64,000 bases of DNA from Myxococcales bacterium. GTDB taxonomy: Bacteria > Myxococcota_A > Polyangia > Polyangiales > Polyangiaceae. Every line of letters starts with the position of its first letter. Positions within the stretch are counted from its first letter, which is position 1. The notes beneath the pieces are model-generated. The model had not been told where the DNA came from, searched no databases, and saw only the letters and a program-made list of their open reading frames with translations. The DNA is taken from assembly GCA_043747615.1 (NCBI GenBank), contig JAYTOU010000033.1, positions 64,001-128,000 of the forward strand, given 5' to 3'. Position numbers and translations under genes: made by a program. Shown one piece after another: positions 1-8,851 of this stretch.

Positions 1-170
1 TGATCACGGCCGCGGGCATTGCCCTCGATTTTGGCTTGGCGAGCATCGCTCCGAGCGCGAAGGGCCGGTGCCGCGTTCTCTTCGTTCCTCGAGAAGGCGC
101 ATCCATCTGCATCGGAGCCGTCGATGCCGCACGCGCCGACGTCGCCCTCGCCCGCCTCTCCACTCCGTAA
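1..170 (+). CDS. 3' end of a hypothetical protein (partial, runs off the window)
   Basis: Open frame from position 3 (ITAAGIALDFGLAS...ARLSTP) ending TAA at 168-170, convergent on the stop of the next gene at 182. Confidence 0.5.
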   Translation, partial: ITAAGIALDFGLASIAPSAKGRCRVLFVPREGASICIGAVDAARADVALARLSTP

Positions 171-181
171 CGCCGAGCGAC

Positions 182-1927
182 CTAACCGCCCGTCAGTCGC
201 TCGCCGACGATGGCTTCGAGCCTGCCGCTCGTGCCGCGGATTTCCACGCGCACCGAACGCGGACCGGTGGGCGATGCGCACGCACGCACAGCGGCGCTCC
301 ACTCGGCAACGGAGCGGTCGAGCTCGTCCGAGGAGCCCGCGTCGAATACCCGAAGCTCGACACCGCTCCCCTCCCCTTCGACACCCACGGCGACCTTCAC
401 GCATTGCCCGGCGTTGAGGTTCTCGCCGTACGAAATTCGCCTCCCCGGATCGAGCGAGAAGCTCTTTGCGGCGAGTGGAAATCCTTCGTGCATCATCGAT
501 GGTCCCGACGCTGCGCGCGCCATCATGCGGGCCGAAGCGAGCGGGTGCGCGGCAAAAGCAGCGTCCTTCCAGCGCTCTGAGCGCGCGAGAACGGAGAACG
601 GACCGGGACGCCCACGGCTCTCGAGCTCGAGCTGGGCGCGCGCGCGACCGCACACGAATAGAGCGATCGATCCCGACGCGCCGGCAGACGCGAGGAGTGA
701 GCCGCTCGGATCCCAAACGGACGCATCGAGGAGCGCCAAGGGAGCGCCGCCGACCACGTCGATCCGACTGCACGTCGCAGGAACGCGAGGAGCGGGGCGC
801 CCGCTCTTGGCCTCCGCCTCGCTGAGGACGGCGACCTTCGCTTCGGAGGCCACACCGAGGTCGAGTGGGATCGTCACCCGGCGCCCGAGCACGAGCGCTC
901 CATTCGTGCTCGCCGACGGCGCGCCGTACCCGGCCCTGGCAAGATCGGCGTTGCGAGACGCGCGCGAGGCTTCGAGCGAGAGCGGTGACGCGACCCACGC
1001 AACGTCTGGGCGTCCCGAAAAATCCCTGGCAACCTCGCCCCGCGCCTTGGCAAGAACGACCGCGGCGAGCCCCCCTCCGACGTGCGGGCGAATGGCGAGC
1101 GATCCGCTGAAGGACACGGGCGAGCACAGGGTGAGCGTGCGATCACGAACGCCTTCGTGAGCTCGGGCGACGACGCGCCCTTCGCCGTCGAGCGCTTCCA
1201 CTTCGAGGAGCGCAACGTCGTCGTCCGGAACGATGACCGCATCGACGCATTGATTCGCCTCCAGGGGGAGCCCCGCGTACGTGATGGAGCGCGCGTCCAG
1301 CGTGAGCGCGATCCGGCGGAATTCTTCCCACGTACCGCCGAGAGCCGTGCGATGGGCACGGACGTGGTCGTCGAGGCCGGGCCACGCATCTGCGGGACGC
1401 GGCCCGCCCCCCTGCCCTCCGCGCGCACCAAGCGCACGTCCGACCTCGGCAGCGCGATCGCGGGGAACGACCTGCGCGGCGAGCGCCACGAGCCCCTCGC
1501 CGCCCGCGGTGTGAACGGCCAAATAGATTCGCTCGGGGTGCGGCGGACACAGGAGAATCGTGGGGTGCGCGTCGGGAGCTTCGTCGGCTGCGATCGGATT
1601 TCCTTCGTCAGCGAATGCCGCGACGTCGATGTCTTCGACGGAGCTCGAAGCGCGCGCGTACGCAAGGAGGCACGCGTCTGCGGGAACCTCGACGAACGCA
1701 CCGATCCGCTCATTTTCGACGGCCTCTCCCGATGCGACGATCGACACGGGCCCGGCTCCGAGGCGGGCTGCGCGTGCGGGAATATCGTCGAGGAGAAGGC
1801 TTGCGTCGAGGTCACCGAGGATGACCCGCGGAGCAACGGGTGCGCGCGCGAATTTCACGGAAGGGGCCGCGCCAGAGCCGCAACCGACGGAGAGCACCAC
1901 CGCAAAGAAAAGGGAAGTCAGTCTCAT
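182..1927 (-). CDS. Lipoprotein with about four repeated Cys-bounded beta-sandwich-like domains
   Basis: Start re-assigned to MRLTSLFFAVVLSVGC (lipobox). ATGA overlap with the upstream gene. Repeated C...DID/LE/LD...D..G..lA...C units. Confidence 0.75.
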   Translation of the reverse strand: MRLTSLFFAVVLSVGCGSGAAPSVKFARAPVAPRVILGDLDASLLLDDIPARAARLGAGPVSIVASGEAVENERIGAFVEVPADACLLAYARASSSVEDIDVAAFADEGNPIAADEAPDAHPTILLCPPHPERIYLAVHTAGGEGLVALAAQVVPRDRAAEVGRALGARGGQGGGPRPADAWPGLDDHVRAHRTALGGTWEEFRRIALTLDARSITYAGLPLEANQCVDAVIVPDDDVALLEVEALDGEGRVVARAHEGVRDRTLTLCSPVSFSGSLAIRPHVGGGLAAVVLAKARGEVARDFSGRPDVAWVASPLSLEASRASRNADLARAGYGAPSASTNGALVLGRRVTIPLDLGVASEAKVAVLSEAEAKSGRPAPRVPATCSRIDVVGGAPLALLDASVWDPSGSLLASAGASGSIALFVCGRARAQLELESRGRPGPFSVLARSERWKDAAFAAHPLASARMMARAASGPSMMHEGFPLAAKSFSLDPGRRISYGENLNAGQCVKVAVGVEGEGSGVELRVFDAGSSDELDRSVAEWSAAVRACASPTGPRSVRVEIRGTSGRLEAIVGERLTGG

Positions 1928-3252
1928 CGTCCGAGCTCCCAGAGCCCCGTTTGCATGCGGTAGAGGCCGAGGCCCCAGGCAATCGACGACCCACGGGCAT
2001 CGACTTCGAGACGCGCGTGGTCGTGATCTCGCGCGCAGAACGCGACCGCACCAGAGTCGTCGTTCACTCCGCGATCGTCCGAGGCTTCGACGCTGCCCAC
2101 GATGGCTCGAACGCCGATCCCGCGGGGATTCCCGTGCGCAACACCGACCACCACGAGGTAGCACGCGCCTGGCTCGACGAGGACGACGATCGGGGTGAGA
2201 CCAGACGAGCCTTGGGCGACGAAGATTGGCTCGTCCCGGGGGGGCATCACGCTGCGCGCGAGAAGCGCAGCCGCCATTTTTGCTTTCGGCCCGCCGCCCC
2301 AGAGGAGCGGGAGGTGCGCCGGGATCGCCCACGCTGCGTGAGTCACGATCACCGAGCCGCCAGGCACCGCTCCTGCGAACGCCACCCCGCCGAGCGTCGT
2401 TCCACCGACGCAGGTCTCGAGATGCCCGTCGGGCGCTTCCGTTCGATCGCGCGCGAGGAGCACGTCTTCGTCGGTGTCGCGAAGCTCCGCATCGATGTCG
2501 AGTCGGAATTTGCGCGATGAGTTCGCGGTGCGCGGATCCGTTCCGAAGAGCTCCAGGCGATGACACCCCGGATCGAGCTCGAGCTCCCCCGCGCCGGAGC
2601 CGTCTTCGGCTGCACGCCACGTATGCCGGGGAAGGACGACGCCGCCTTCGTTCTTCGCACGCCCTTCGGCTCCATCCGCGCGACGAGCCTGCGCAGGAAG
2701 CGGCGGAAGGATCCCCGGCTCGGGCGAGGCGGGGATGAGCCCTCCCGTGCGCTCGGGAAAAATGGTGCGCAGCGGCGGTAGTGCGGATTTCGATCGCGCG
2801 ACCACCACCTCGATCGCTCCGCGTCCAGCATCGCTCGTCACGATCAAACGATCGCGGTTGAAGGTGGGAGACGGCGCTCTCGCCGAATCGCAATGCGACA
2901 GCTCGAGGAGCCCAGCGACGCTCGCTCCGCGCGCCTTCGAGGTCTCCCCTGACTCGTCTTCCTCGTCCTGCGGGTCGCTCGCTCCGCCGAACTTGGCGTG
3001 GAAGCTCATCCCGCGTGCGCCGATGAGCGCGACGGTGGTGCAGCGCTGGGAGGGCATCGGTGGAAGGACGACGCCGATGGTCTCGCTGTCGTAGATAAAT
3101 CGGGTTGGTACGGCAGCGACCGCCGCACCGGACGCCCGCCACTGATCGTTCGCCCGTGCTCCGAGATCGCGCAGGTCAGCCGAGACCGCTGGCGCGATCG
3201 AGGTGAGCAGCAAGGCGACCATCGACACCGTGAAACCGGCGCTCCGCCTCAT
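1924..3252 (-). CDS. Secreted protein with about three repeats related to the downstream lipoprotein
   Basis: Start MRRSAGFTVSMVALLLTSIAPAVSA (signal peptide). TGATG overlap with the JAB gene. Confidence 0.75.
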   Translation of the reverse strand: MRRSAGFTVSMVALLLTSIAPAVSADLRDLGARANDQWRASGAAVAAVPTRFIYDSETIGVVLPPMPSQRCTTVALIGARGMSFHAKFGGASDPQDEEDESGETSKARGASVAGLLELSHCDSARAPSPTFNRDRLIVTSDAGRGAIEVVVARSKSALPPLRTIFPERTGGLIPASPEPGILPPLPAQARRADGAEGRAKNEGGVVLPRHTWRAAEDGSGAGELELDPGCHRLELFGTDPRTANSSRKFRLDIDAELRDTDEDVLLARDRTEAPDGHLETCVGGTTLGGVAFAGAVPGGSVIVTHAAWAIPAHLPLLWGGGPKAKMAAALLARSVMPPRDEPIFVAQGSSGLTPIVVLVEPGACYLVVVGVAHGNPRGIGVRAIVGSVEASDDRGVNDDSGAVAFCARDHDHARLEVDARGSSIAWGLGLYRMQTGLWELGR

Positions 3253-3773
3253 CAAGTTTCGGCCGTGACCGAGAGCGACGTCTCCAGGAAAGAGCTTGTC
3301 GCTGGATCCCATACGAAGAGGCGATGATCGTCGACCGTGCCGCCCCTCACGCTGGTCACGAGATACGCCAGATCGTATGCGGGCTCGGAGCCCCCCATCG
3401 TTGCCGCGCTCGCGTCGGTCTCGGAGAAGTAGGCGCCGACGTCGAGATGAGAGTGGTAGAGAATTTTTACCGGACGACCGAGAGCTTCACGCTCGCGAAT
3501 TTCGCGCTCGAACTTCATGGGGTTGATGTCGAAGTACATCCGGCCGGTTCGCGGATACGTGACGGGATCGAGAGCGTGGAGCTTGTTGGCCCTGTTTTCC
3601 ATGGGAACGGCAGCGTCGACAAGGAGAGGCTCGGACCGCGGCCCGACCAAGAATCCGCAGCTCTCCTCGTCTCGTGCGTAGGCTGCGCGCGCATCTTCAA
3701 AGACCGCTTCGAGCGCGGTCTTTCGAATCACGAGGCTCCCGCTCACCCACGGATGTTTCTCTCGGCCCTGCAT
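3252..3773 (-). CDS. JAB/JAMM (Mov34/MPN) metalloprotease, Mec-like sulfur-carrier peptidase
   Basis: E-S-C-G-F motif and HSH-x7-S-x2-D JAMM motif (YHSHLDVGAYFSETD); adjacent to a CysM-like gene. Confidence 0.9.
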   Translation of the reverse strand: MQGREKHPWVSGSLVIRKTALEAVFEDARAAYARDEESCGFLVGPRSEPLLVDAAVPMENRANKLHALDPVTYPRTGRMYFDINPMKFEREIREREALGRPVKILYHSHLDVGAYFSETDASAATMGGSEPAYDLAYLVTSVRGGTVDDHRLFVWDPATSSFLETSLSVTAET

Positions 3774-3778
3774 CGGAA

Positions 3779-4732
3779 TCACCAAACGTATCGCCGCTCC
3801 CACTTCATGGGGGCAAAATACCGATCGCCGCGGTCGCAAACGATCACGACTACGCAGCCTCCGCGCCCCGATTTTTGCAGACCTTCGGCGATCCGGAGGG
3901 CCGCGCAGATGTTCGCCCCCGACGAGTGACCGACGTTCAGTCCTTCTTCGCGCGAAAGCCGCTCGGCCATGTCCCAGCCGTCTTCGGTCGACACGGCCAT
4001 GATCTCGTCGGGGACGCGCGGGTCGTAGATCGCTGGAACGATGCTGCTCGCGAGATGCTTCAGTCCCTCGAGCCCATGCAGCGCCTGATCCGGTTCCACC
4101 GCGACGCAGCGGATCGGCCGGGGATGCTCCTTCAGTCGGCGCGCCGTGCCCATCATCGTCCCCGTCGTGCCCAGACCGGCCACGAAGTGCGTAATGCGAT
4201 CGCCGACGGCGTCGAGAATCTCCGGACCCGTCGTGTCGTAATGCGCCAGCGGGTTCGAGGGATTACCGTACTGATCGGGATAGAAATACGTCTCCGGATC
4301 TTTTGCGACAATCGCCCGAACGTGCGTGATCGCGCCATCGGAGCCTTCGAGCGGATCGGAGAAAATGACCTCGGTGCCGAATGCGCGCGCAATGTCTTTG
4401 CGCGGCTTTGAAACGTTCGACGGCATCACCAGACGAACCCGGATCCCGAGCGCGGCACCGAAGAGCGAATAAGCGACGCCGGTGTTTCCGCTGGTGGAGT
4501 CGATGAGAATTTTCTTCTCGGTGAGCCGCCCGTCGGACATGGCATCTTGCATCATGCGGAGCGCAGCGCGGTCCTTTACGCTGCCTCCTGGATTCGCAAA
4601 CTCTAGCTTTGCGAGAACCTCGACGGCAGGCACATGAGACGCCACCTTGCGGAGCCGGACGAGCGGCGTGTTGCCGACCGCGTCGACCACCGAATCGATG
4701 CGTCGAGAGATGCGACGAGGCAGCGCGCTCAC
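3779..4732 (-). CDS. cysM: PLP-dependent cysteine synthase, CysM type
   Basis: GNTPL, NPGGSVKDR (PLP lysine), STSGNTG, GLGTTGT. GTG start 1 nt after the upstream stop. Confidence 0.85.
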   Translation of the reverse strand: MSALPRRISRRIDSVVDAVGNTPLVRLRKVASHVPAVEVLAKLEFANPGGSVKDRAALRMMQDAMSDGRLTEKKILIDSTSGNTGVAYSLFGAALGIRVRLVMPSNVSKPRKDIARAFGTEVIFSDPLEGSDGAITHVRAIVAKDPETYFYPDQYGNPSNPLAHYDTTGPEILDAVGDRITHFVAGLGTTGTMMGTARRLKEHPRPIRCVAVEPDQALHGLEGLKHLASSIVPAIYDPRVPDEIMAVSTEDGWDMAERLSREEGLNVGHSSGANICAALRIAEGLQKSGRGGCVVVIVCDRGDRYFAPMKWERRYVW

Positions 4733-4733
4733 G

Positions 4734-5117
4734 TCAGCTCGCCGCGAAGAGACTTCGCAGCGTGTGAAGCGCGCGAAAGGCCCCCTCTGCGAGTTCACGT
4801 GCGGCGGGATCGAGCGCGGCGAGGATCGGCGGAAGGGTGACCGCCTTTTCGTGGCTATTTTTAGCGTGATTGTCGACGGTTCCGTCCACGACCTCGACGC
4901 GCACGGAGGGATCGACGGCCACGGCTGCGCGTGCCTGCGCGTAGTCGTTCACCGTGAGAATGCCGACCCCTGCGCCCGCTAGGTAACGCGCTTCAATCTC
5001 GCCGGCGAACCCTAAGGAGCACACGCGCGCCTCACTCGACGCGAGCTTTGCTTGCCGCTCTGCGCCCACCTCCGCGAGACGTGCCTGCCGGGTGTGCCTC
5101 ACGGGTGTCGCGATCAA
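4734..5117 (-). CDS. Short degenerate ThiF/MoeB-like protein (probably an inactive adenylation subunit)
   Basis: RHTRQARLAEVGAERQAKL and YLAGAGVG match the MoeB N-terminus. GxGGLG is altered to SLGFAG; the SNLxRQ loop and CxxC motifs are absent. Confidence 0.75.
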   Translation of the reverse strand: MIATPVRHTRQARLAEVGAERQAKLASSEARVCSLGFAGEIEARYLAGAGVGILTVNDYAQARAAVAVDPSVRVEVVDGTVDNHAKNSHEKAVTLPPILAALDPAARELAEGAFRALHTLRSLFAAS

Positions 5118-5389
5118 ATCCCGCCCGCGATCGCCGGGACGATCGTGATCTGGTCGCCGCTCTTCAGCGCCGTCGCCAGCCCTTGCAGGAAGCGCACGTC
5201 TTCTTCGCCGACGTAGATGTTGATGAAGCGGCGCACGCCCTTGTCGTCGAGCAGGCGCTCTTTCAAACCGGGATGCTGCTTATCGAGCGTGTCGATAATC
5301 TCCCCGACGGTGGCGCCCGCCGCTTTGACTTCGTCTTGACCGCCCGTGAGGGAGCGTAGGGCGGCGGGAATGCGAACGATGGTTTCCAT
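5114..5389 (-). CDS. MoaD/ThiS/CysO-family ubiquitin-like sulfur carrier, C-terminus GG-Ile
   Basis: VRIP..LR..TGG, RFINIYV.EEDVRFL.GL.T.L and IVPAIAGGI-stop. Confidence 0.92.
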   Translation of the reverse strand: METIVRIPAALRSLTGGQDEVKAAGATVGEIIDTLDKQHPGLKERLLDDKGVRRFINIYVGEEDVRFLQGLATALKSGDQITIVPAIAGGI

Positions 5390-5398
5390 GGTCTTCTC

Positions 5399-6106
5399 CT
5401 AGACTTCTCGGGTTGAAGCGGCGGAAATCTTGCCTGATTTACCGGTGTTTTTACAATCCGCACGCGGCCGCAAGCGCCTCCGACGCAAGAGCTCGGCCTT
5501 GCCGTCGACGGTGACGAGCGTGCCCGCCACATCGGAACCATCAATCAGCGCGAGCGCAAGGTCGGCCTGAAGCGCGGCGACGATCCCCACCACCGGCCCC
5601 ATCACTCCGGCCTCGGCGCAGTTCGGGGCGTCCCCGCGCGGCACGTCCTCGAAGAGGCAGCGGTAGCAAGGTTTGGCCTTCGCATCGACGGCGAGCACCG
5701 TTCCGATCCAGCGCACCGATGCGCCATGAACGACGGGTACACCGAGGCGAGCGCATGCGTCGGCCGTGAGAAACTTGGTCGCGAAGTTGTCACTCCCCTC
5801 GACGACGAGATCGTACGCGGCCACGAGCTCATCTGCGTTTCTTGGGAGGATGCGCGTCTCTTGCCCTTCGAGCACGAGGTCCGGAGCGAGCGCGTGGAGG
5901 GCGTCGCGGGCGGCCTCGATCTTCGATCGCCCGACGTCGGCGTCGGTAAAGAGGATCTGTCGATGCAGGTTCGTCCGCTCGACGACGTCGTCGTCGACGA
6001 ACCCGAGCGTGCCAATTCCAGCGCGTGCGAGGGCGATTGCGCACGGCGACCCGAGTCCACCAACGCCGATGAGCAGAACCCGGGCTCGGGCGCGGCGCGC
6101 GTTCAA
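5399..6106 (-). CDS. MoeB/ThiF E1-like adenylyltransferase, N-terminally short, no rhodanese domain
   Basis: GVGGLG, DDDVVERTNLHRQ, PCYRC and NCAEAGV. TTG start overlaps the cysK stop, with GAGGAG upstream. Confidence 0.88.
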   Translation of the reverse strand: MNARRARARVLLIGVGGLGSPCAIALARAGIGTLGFVDDDVVERTNLHRQILFTDADVGRSKIEAARDALHALAPDLVLEGQETRILPRNADELVAAYDLVVEGSDNFATKFLTADACARLGVPVVHGASVRWIGTVLAVDAKAKPCYRCLFEDVPRGDAPNCAEAGVMGPVVGIVAALQADLALALIDGSDVAGTLVTVDGKAELLRRRRLRPRADCKNTGKSGKISAASTREV

Positions 6107-7050
6107 AGGCTCCGCTCCTCTGGAAAAAATTCTTCGAGGCTGAAGTAACGCTCGCCGGTATCCGGGAGAATGGTGACCACGTTCTTTCCTACGCCGAGCT
6201 CGCGTGCCACCTGGAGAGCCGCGAAAACAGCGGCGCCGGCACTGATTCCGACGAGCAGGCCTTCCTCTTGAGCGAGGAGCGTCTTCGTCGTCCACGCGTC
6301 GGCGTCGCTCACCGTCCGCACGTCGTCGACGACCTCGGCGTTGTAATTTTTTGGGACGAAGCCCGCCGCAAGCCCCTGCACCTTCGTAGGTCCGCGCTCG
6401 CCGCGTGAGATCATCGCGCACGCGTCGGGCTCGACGGCGACGATCACGGTCGAAGTGTTCTTGGCGCGGAAGACCGAAGCGACGCCGCTGATCGTGCCGC
6501 CGGTTCCAACGCCGGCGACGAAGGCATCGATGCTCAGCCCTTCCATCGCTTCCAAGATTTCGAGCGCCGTCGTCGCCGCGTGAACACGTGGATTGGAGGG
6601 GTTGTCGAACTGCTGCGGCAGCCACGCGCCGGGAATCGAGGCGCCAAGCTCGTGGGCCTTTGCGATCGCACCCGACATCTGGTCGCCCTCGGGAGTGAGT
6701 ACGGTCTCGGCGCCGTAGGCTTGCAGGAGCTGGCGGCGCTCGAGGGTCATGCTCTCGGGCATCGTCAGGATGCAGCGATAGCCTTTGACGGCGCACACCA
6801 TGGCCAGACCGATTCCCGTGTTGCCGCTCGTCGGTTCGATCACCACGCCGCCGGGCTTCAGTAGCCCCGCTCTTTCCGCCTCCTCCACCATGCTGAGGCA
6901 AATCCGATCCTTCACCGATCCTGCGGGGTTCGCCTGCTCCATCTTCGCCCACAGCTCGGCGCGGGGTGCGTCACGTCCGAGGCGGCGGATCCGCACGAGA
7001 GGAGTCTGCCCCACGAGCTCCAGCACGCTACTGGCGACGGCTCTGTCCAT
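6103..7050 (-). CDS. cysK: Cysteine synthase A
   Basis: NPAGSVKDR, EPTSGNTG, QQFDNPSN, GTGGT, PDTGERYFS. Confidence 0.92.
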   Translation of the reverse strand: MDRAVASSVLELVGQTPLVRIRRLGRDAPRAELWAKMEQANPAGSVKDRICLSMVEEAERAGLLKPGGVVIEPTSGNTGIGLAMVCAVKGYRCILTMPESMTLERRQLLQAYGAETVLTPEGDQMSGAIAKAHELGASIPGAWLPQQFDNPSNPRVHAATTALEILEAMEGLSIDAFVAGVGTGGTISGVASVFRAKNTSTVIVAVEPDACAMISRGERGPTKVQGLAAGFVPKNYNAEVVDDVRTVSDADAWTTKTLLAQEEGLLVGISAGAAVFAALQVARELGVGKNVVTILPDTGERYFSLEEFFPEERSL

Positions 7051-7108
7051 CTTCCTGCGCACACTACCACGCGACACGACGACGCTCGAACCGAGTATAG
7101 TCGTGAGC

Positions 7109-8107
7109 ATGCTTGGGTCCCAAGAAGCCCAGCACATCCACGCGCAGTACCCGGCGATCGATCTGCACGCCGACACGCTGATGTGGACGCGCTGGATCGG
7201 CTACGATTTGCACACCCGCCACGAACCACCGCTTCCGTTTGCGGCTCTCGGTGGTCACGTCGACCTTCCGCGCATGCGCGAAGGGGGACAAGGAGCGCAG
7301 TTTTTTGGTCTCGTATCGCTTCCGCTGAAGGAGCGAGCGCACGGTATGGCGCGGGTGATAGGCGAGCAGATCGACGGGCTCGAGGAAGCCATTCTTCGTC
7401 GCCCCACGCAGCTCCGTCTCGTCAAGCGCGCCCACGAGATCGAAGAATGCGCGAAGACGGGAGCGGTTGCCGCGCTTCTCGGGATCGAAGGAGCGCATGC
7501 CCTCGAGGGTGATCTCGATCGCATCGACGGCTTTGCAAAACGCGGCGTGCGCTACCTAGGGCTTCTCCACTTCAGCGCGAACGAAGCGGGATTTCCGGCC
7601 TACGGACGCGGCAAACGAGACGAAGGCTTGACGTCGTGGGGGCGTGAGCTGGTCAAGCGATGTGAGAACGCGAGCGTTCTAATCGATCTCGCGCACATCA
7701 ACCGGCGAGGCTTTCTCGATGCATGCGCGCTCGCTACCAAGCCCCCGATCGTCAGTCACACCGGCGTCCTCGGAGCCTTCGAGCACTGGCGAAACATCGA
7801 CGACGAACAGCTGCGCGCGGTCGCCGACAAGGGGGGCTGCGTCGGGGTCATCTTCTGTCCGCGCTTCGTCGGAGGCGACGGGCTCGAGCCGGTCGTCAAG
7901 CATCTGAAACACATCCTCGACGTGGTGGGGGAGGACGTCCCTGCACTCGGCAGCGACTGGGATGGCTTCATCGTCCCCACGCGACCACTCAAAGATCCCA
8001 CCGGCCTGCCGCTTCTCACCGACGCGATGCTCGCCGCAAAAATTCCAGAGCGGGTCATTGCAAAAATCTTGAGGCAGAACGTCATGCGGGTGCTCGCTGA
8101 GGCCTGA
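7109..8107 (+). CDS. Membrane/renal dipeptidase family (M19) amidohydrolase
   Basis: DLHAD, HVDLPRMREGG, GIEG, DLAH, SHT, LGSDWDG. Confidence 0.9.
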   Translation: MLGSQEAQHIHAQYPAIDLHADTLMWTRWIGYDLHTRHEPPLPFAALGGHVDLPRMREGGQGAQFFGLVSLPLKERAHGMARVIGEQIDGLEEAILRRPTQLRLVKRAHEIEECAKTGAVAALLGIEGAHALEGDLDRIDGFAKRGVRYLGLLHFSANEAGFPAYGRGKRDEGLTSWGRELVKRCENASVLIDLAHINRRGFLDACALATKPPIVSHTGVLGAFEHWRNIDDEQLRAVADKGGCVGVIFCPRFVGGDGLEPVVKHLKHILDVVGEDVPALGSDWDGFIVPTRPLKDPTGLPLLTDAMLAAKIPERVIAKILRQNVMRVLAEA

Positions 8108-8119
8108 AAACCTGAGGCG

Positions 8120-8758
8120 TCAGTCGACCTCGACCGTCGGGTGGAGACCGCGTCCCTCGAGGGCTCGCGTGATCCGTGCGTGCCACTCGACTTTGTCGGC
8201 TCCCGGTGGCGCGTCGAGATGTACGCTCACGTTCGCTCCATCGGCGTGCACGAGGAGAACCCCGCCCGCGAGCGGTCCAGCTCCAAGCTCCATGCGAACC
8301 GAGCCACGACGGCCATCCCCCGACCACGCGATCTTCCGCACGAGCGCCGGCAAGAGTACTTCGAGCGAGGGGCTGGCTCGATGCGAGGCGTCGACTGGGA
8401 TCACCTCAAGGGGAGAGTGCGCCGGGGCCACCATAGGAGTCGCCGGAAAGAAGCCCATGTCGAACGCGCGCCGACGCTCGAGCGGGTCAAGGGGGTCATC
8501 GGCCATCGCGCGACCCTCATTGGCGCCTGCAGTCGCCGTGGCCGTGATGTTCGCTCCGGTCGCGCTCGGAGTCGGCGGCGTCCCGGGGCGCGAAATCCCC
8601 GTGCTCTCGGTCGACTTCGGCAGCGTGTGGCCGTGCGGGGTGCGCCGAGACACTGAGAACGGCGCCGTCGGCCGCGTCCCTCGAGCTACCCCGGCCGGCT
8701 TCGGGGGCGGAGGCATGTGCGCCTTTAACTGGGGAATCATGCGCTCCTGTCGGGCCAC
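8120..8758 (-). CDS. Protein with a Pro-rich disordered N-terminus and a FliK/YscP-like C-terminal domain
   Basis: C-terminal SVRMELGAGPLAGGVLLVHADGANVSVHL...RALEGRGL resembles the hook-length-control C domain; start uncertain (8740 is an alternative). Confidence 0.5.
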   Translation of the reverse strand: MARQERMIPQLKAHMPPPPKPAGVARGTRPTAPFSVSRRTPHGHTLPKSTESTGISRPGTPPTPSATGANITATATAGANEGRAMADDPLDPLERRRAFDMGFFPATPMVAPAHSPLEVIPVDASHRASPSLEVLLPALVRKIAWSGDGRRGSVRMELGAGPLAGGVLLVHADGANVSVHLDAPPGADKVEWHARITRALEGRGLHPTVEVD

Positions 8759-8851
8759 GGCCGGTCAAAGTTGCGCCAGCTCTCGCGAAATAACCAAGTT
8801 GGCCCCATCTCGCGGTACACTCCTCGAGTCTGGGGTGGGGTCCGATACGAA

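Noticed and set aside
1928..3142. N-terminal 400 aa of the 986-aa ORF at 182-3142
   Set aside because: Arg-rich off-frame read-through overlapping the real gene at 1924-3252; the true start is the lipoprotein signal at 1927
3252..6106. CBASS, Bil or Bub-type anti-phage ubiquitination system
   Set aside because: No E2 or cyclase gene is present; flanking cysK and cysM point to sulfur transfer, though conjugation is not excluded
6107..6952. Long N-terminal extension of the MoeB ORF (517 aa in the track)
   Set aside because: It lies out of frame inside cysK, is low-complexity, and contains no RYxRQ-like MoeB segment
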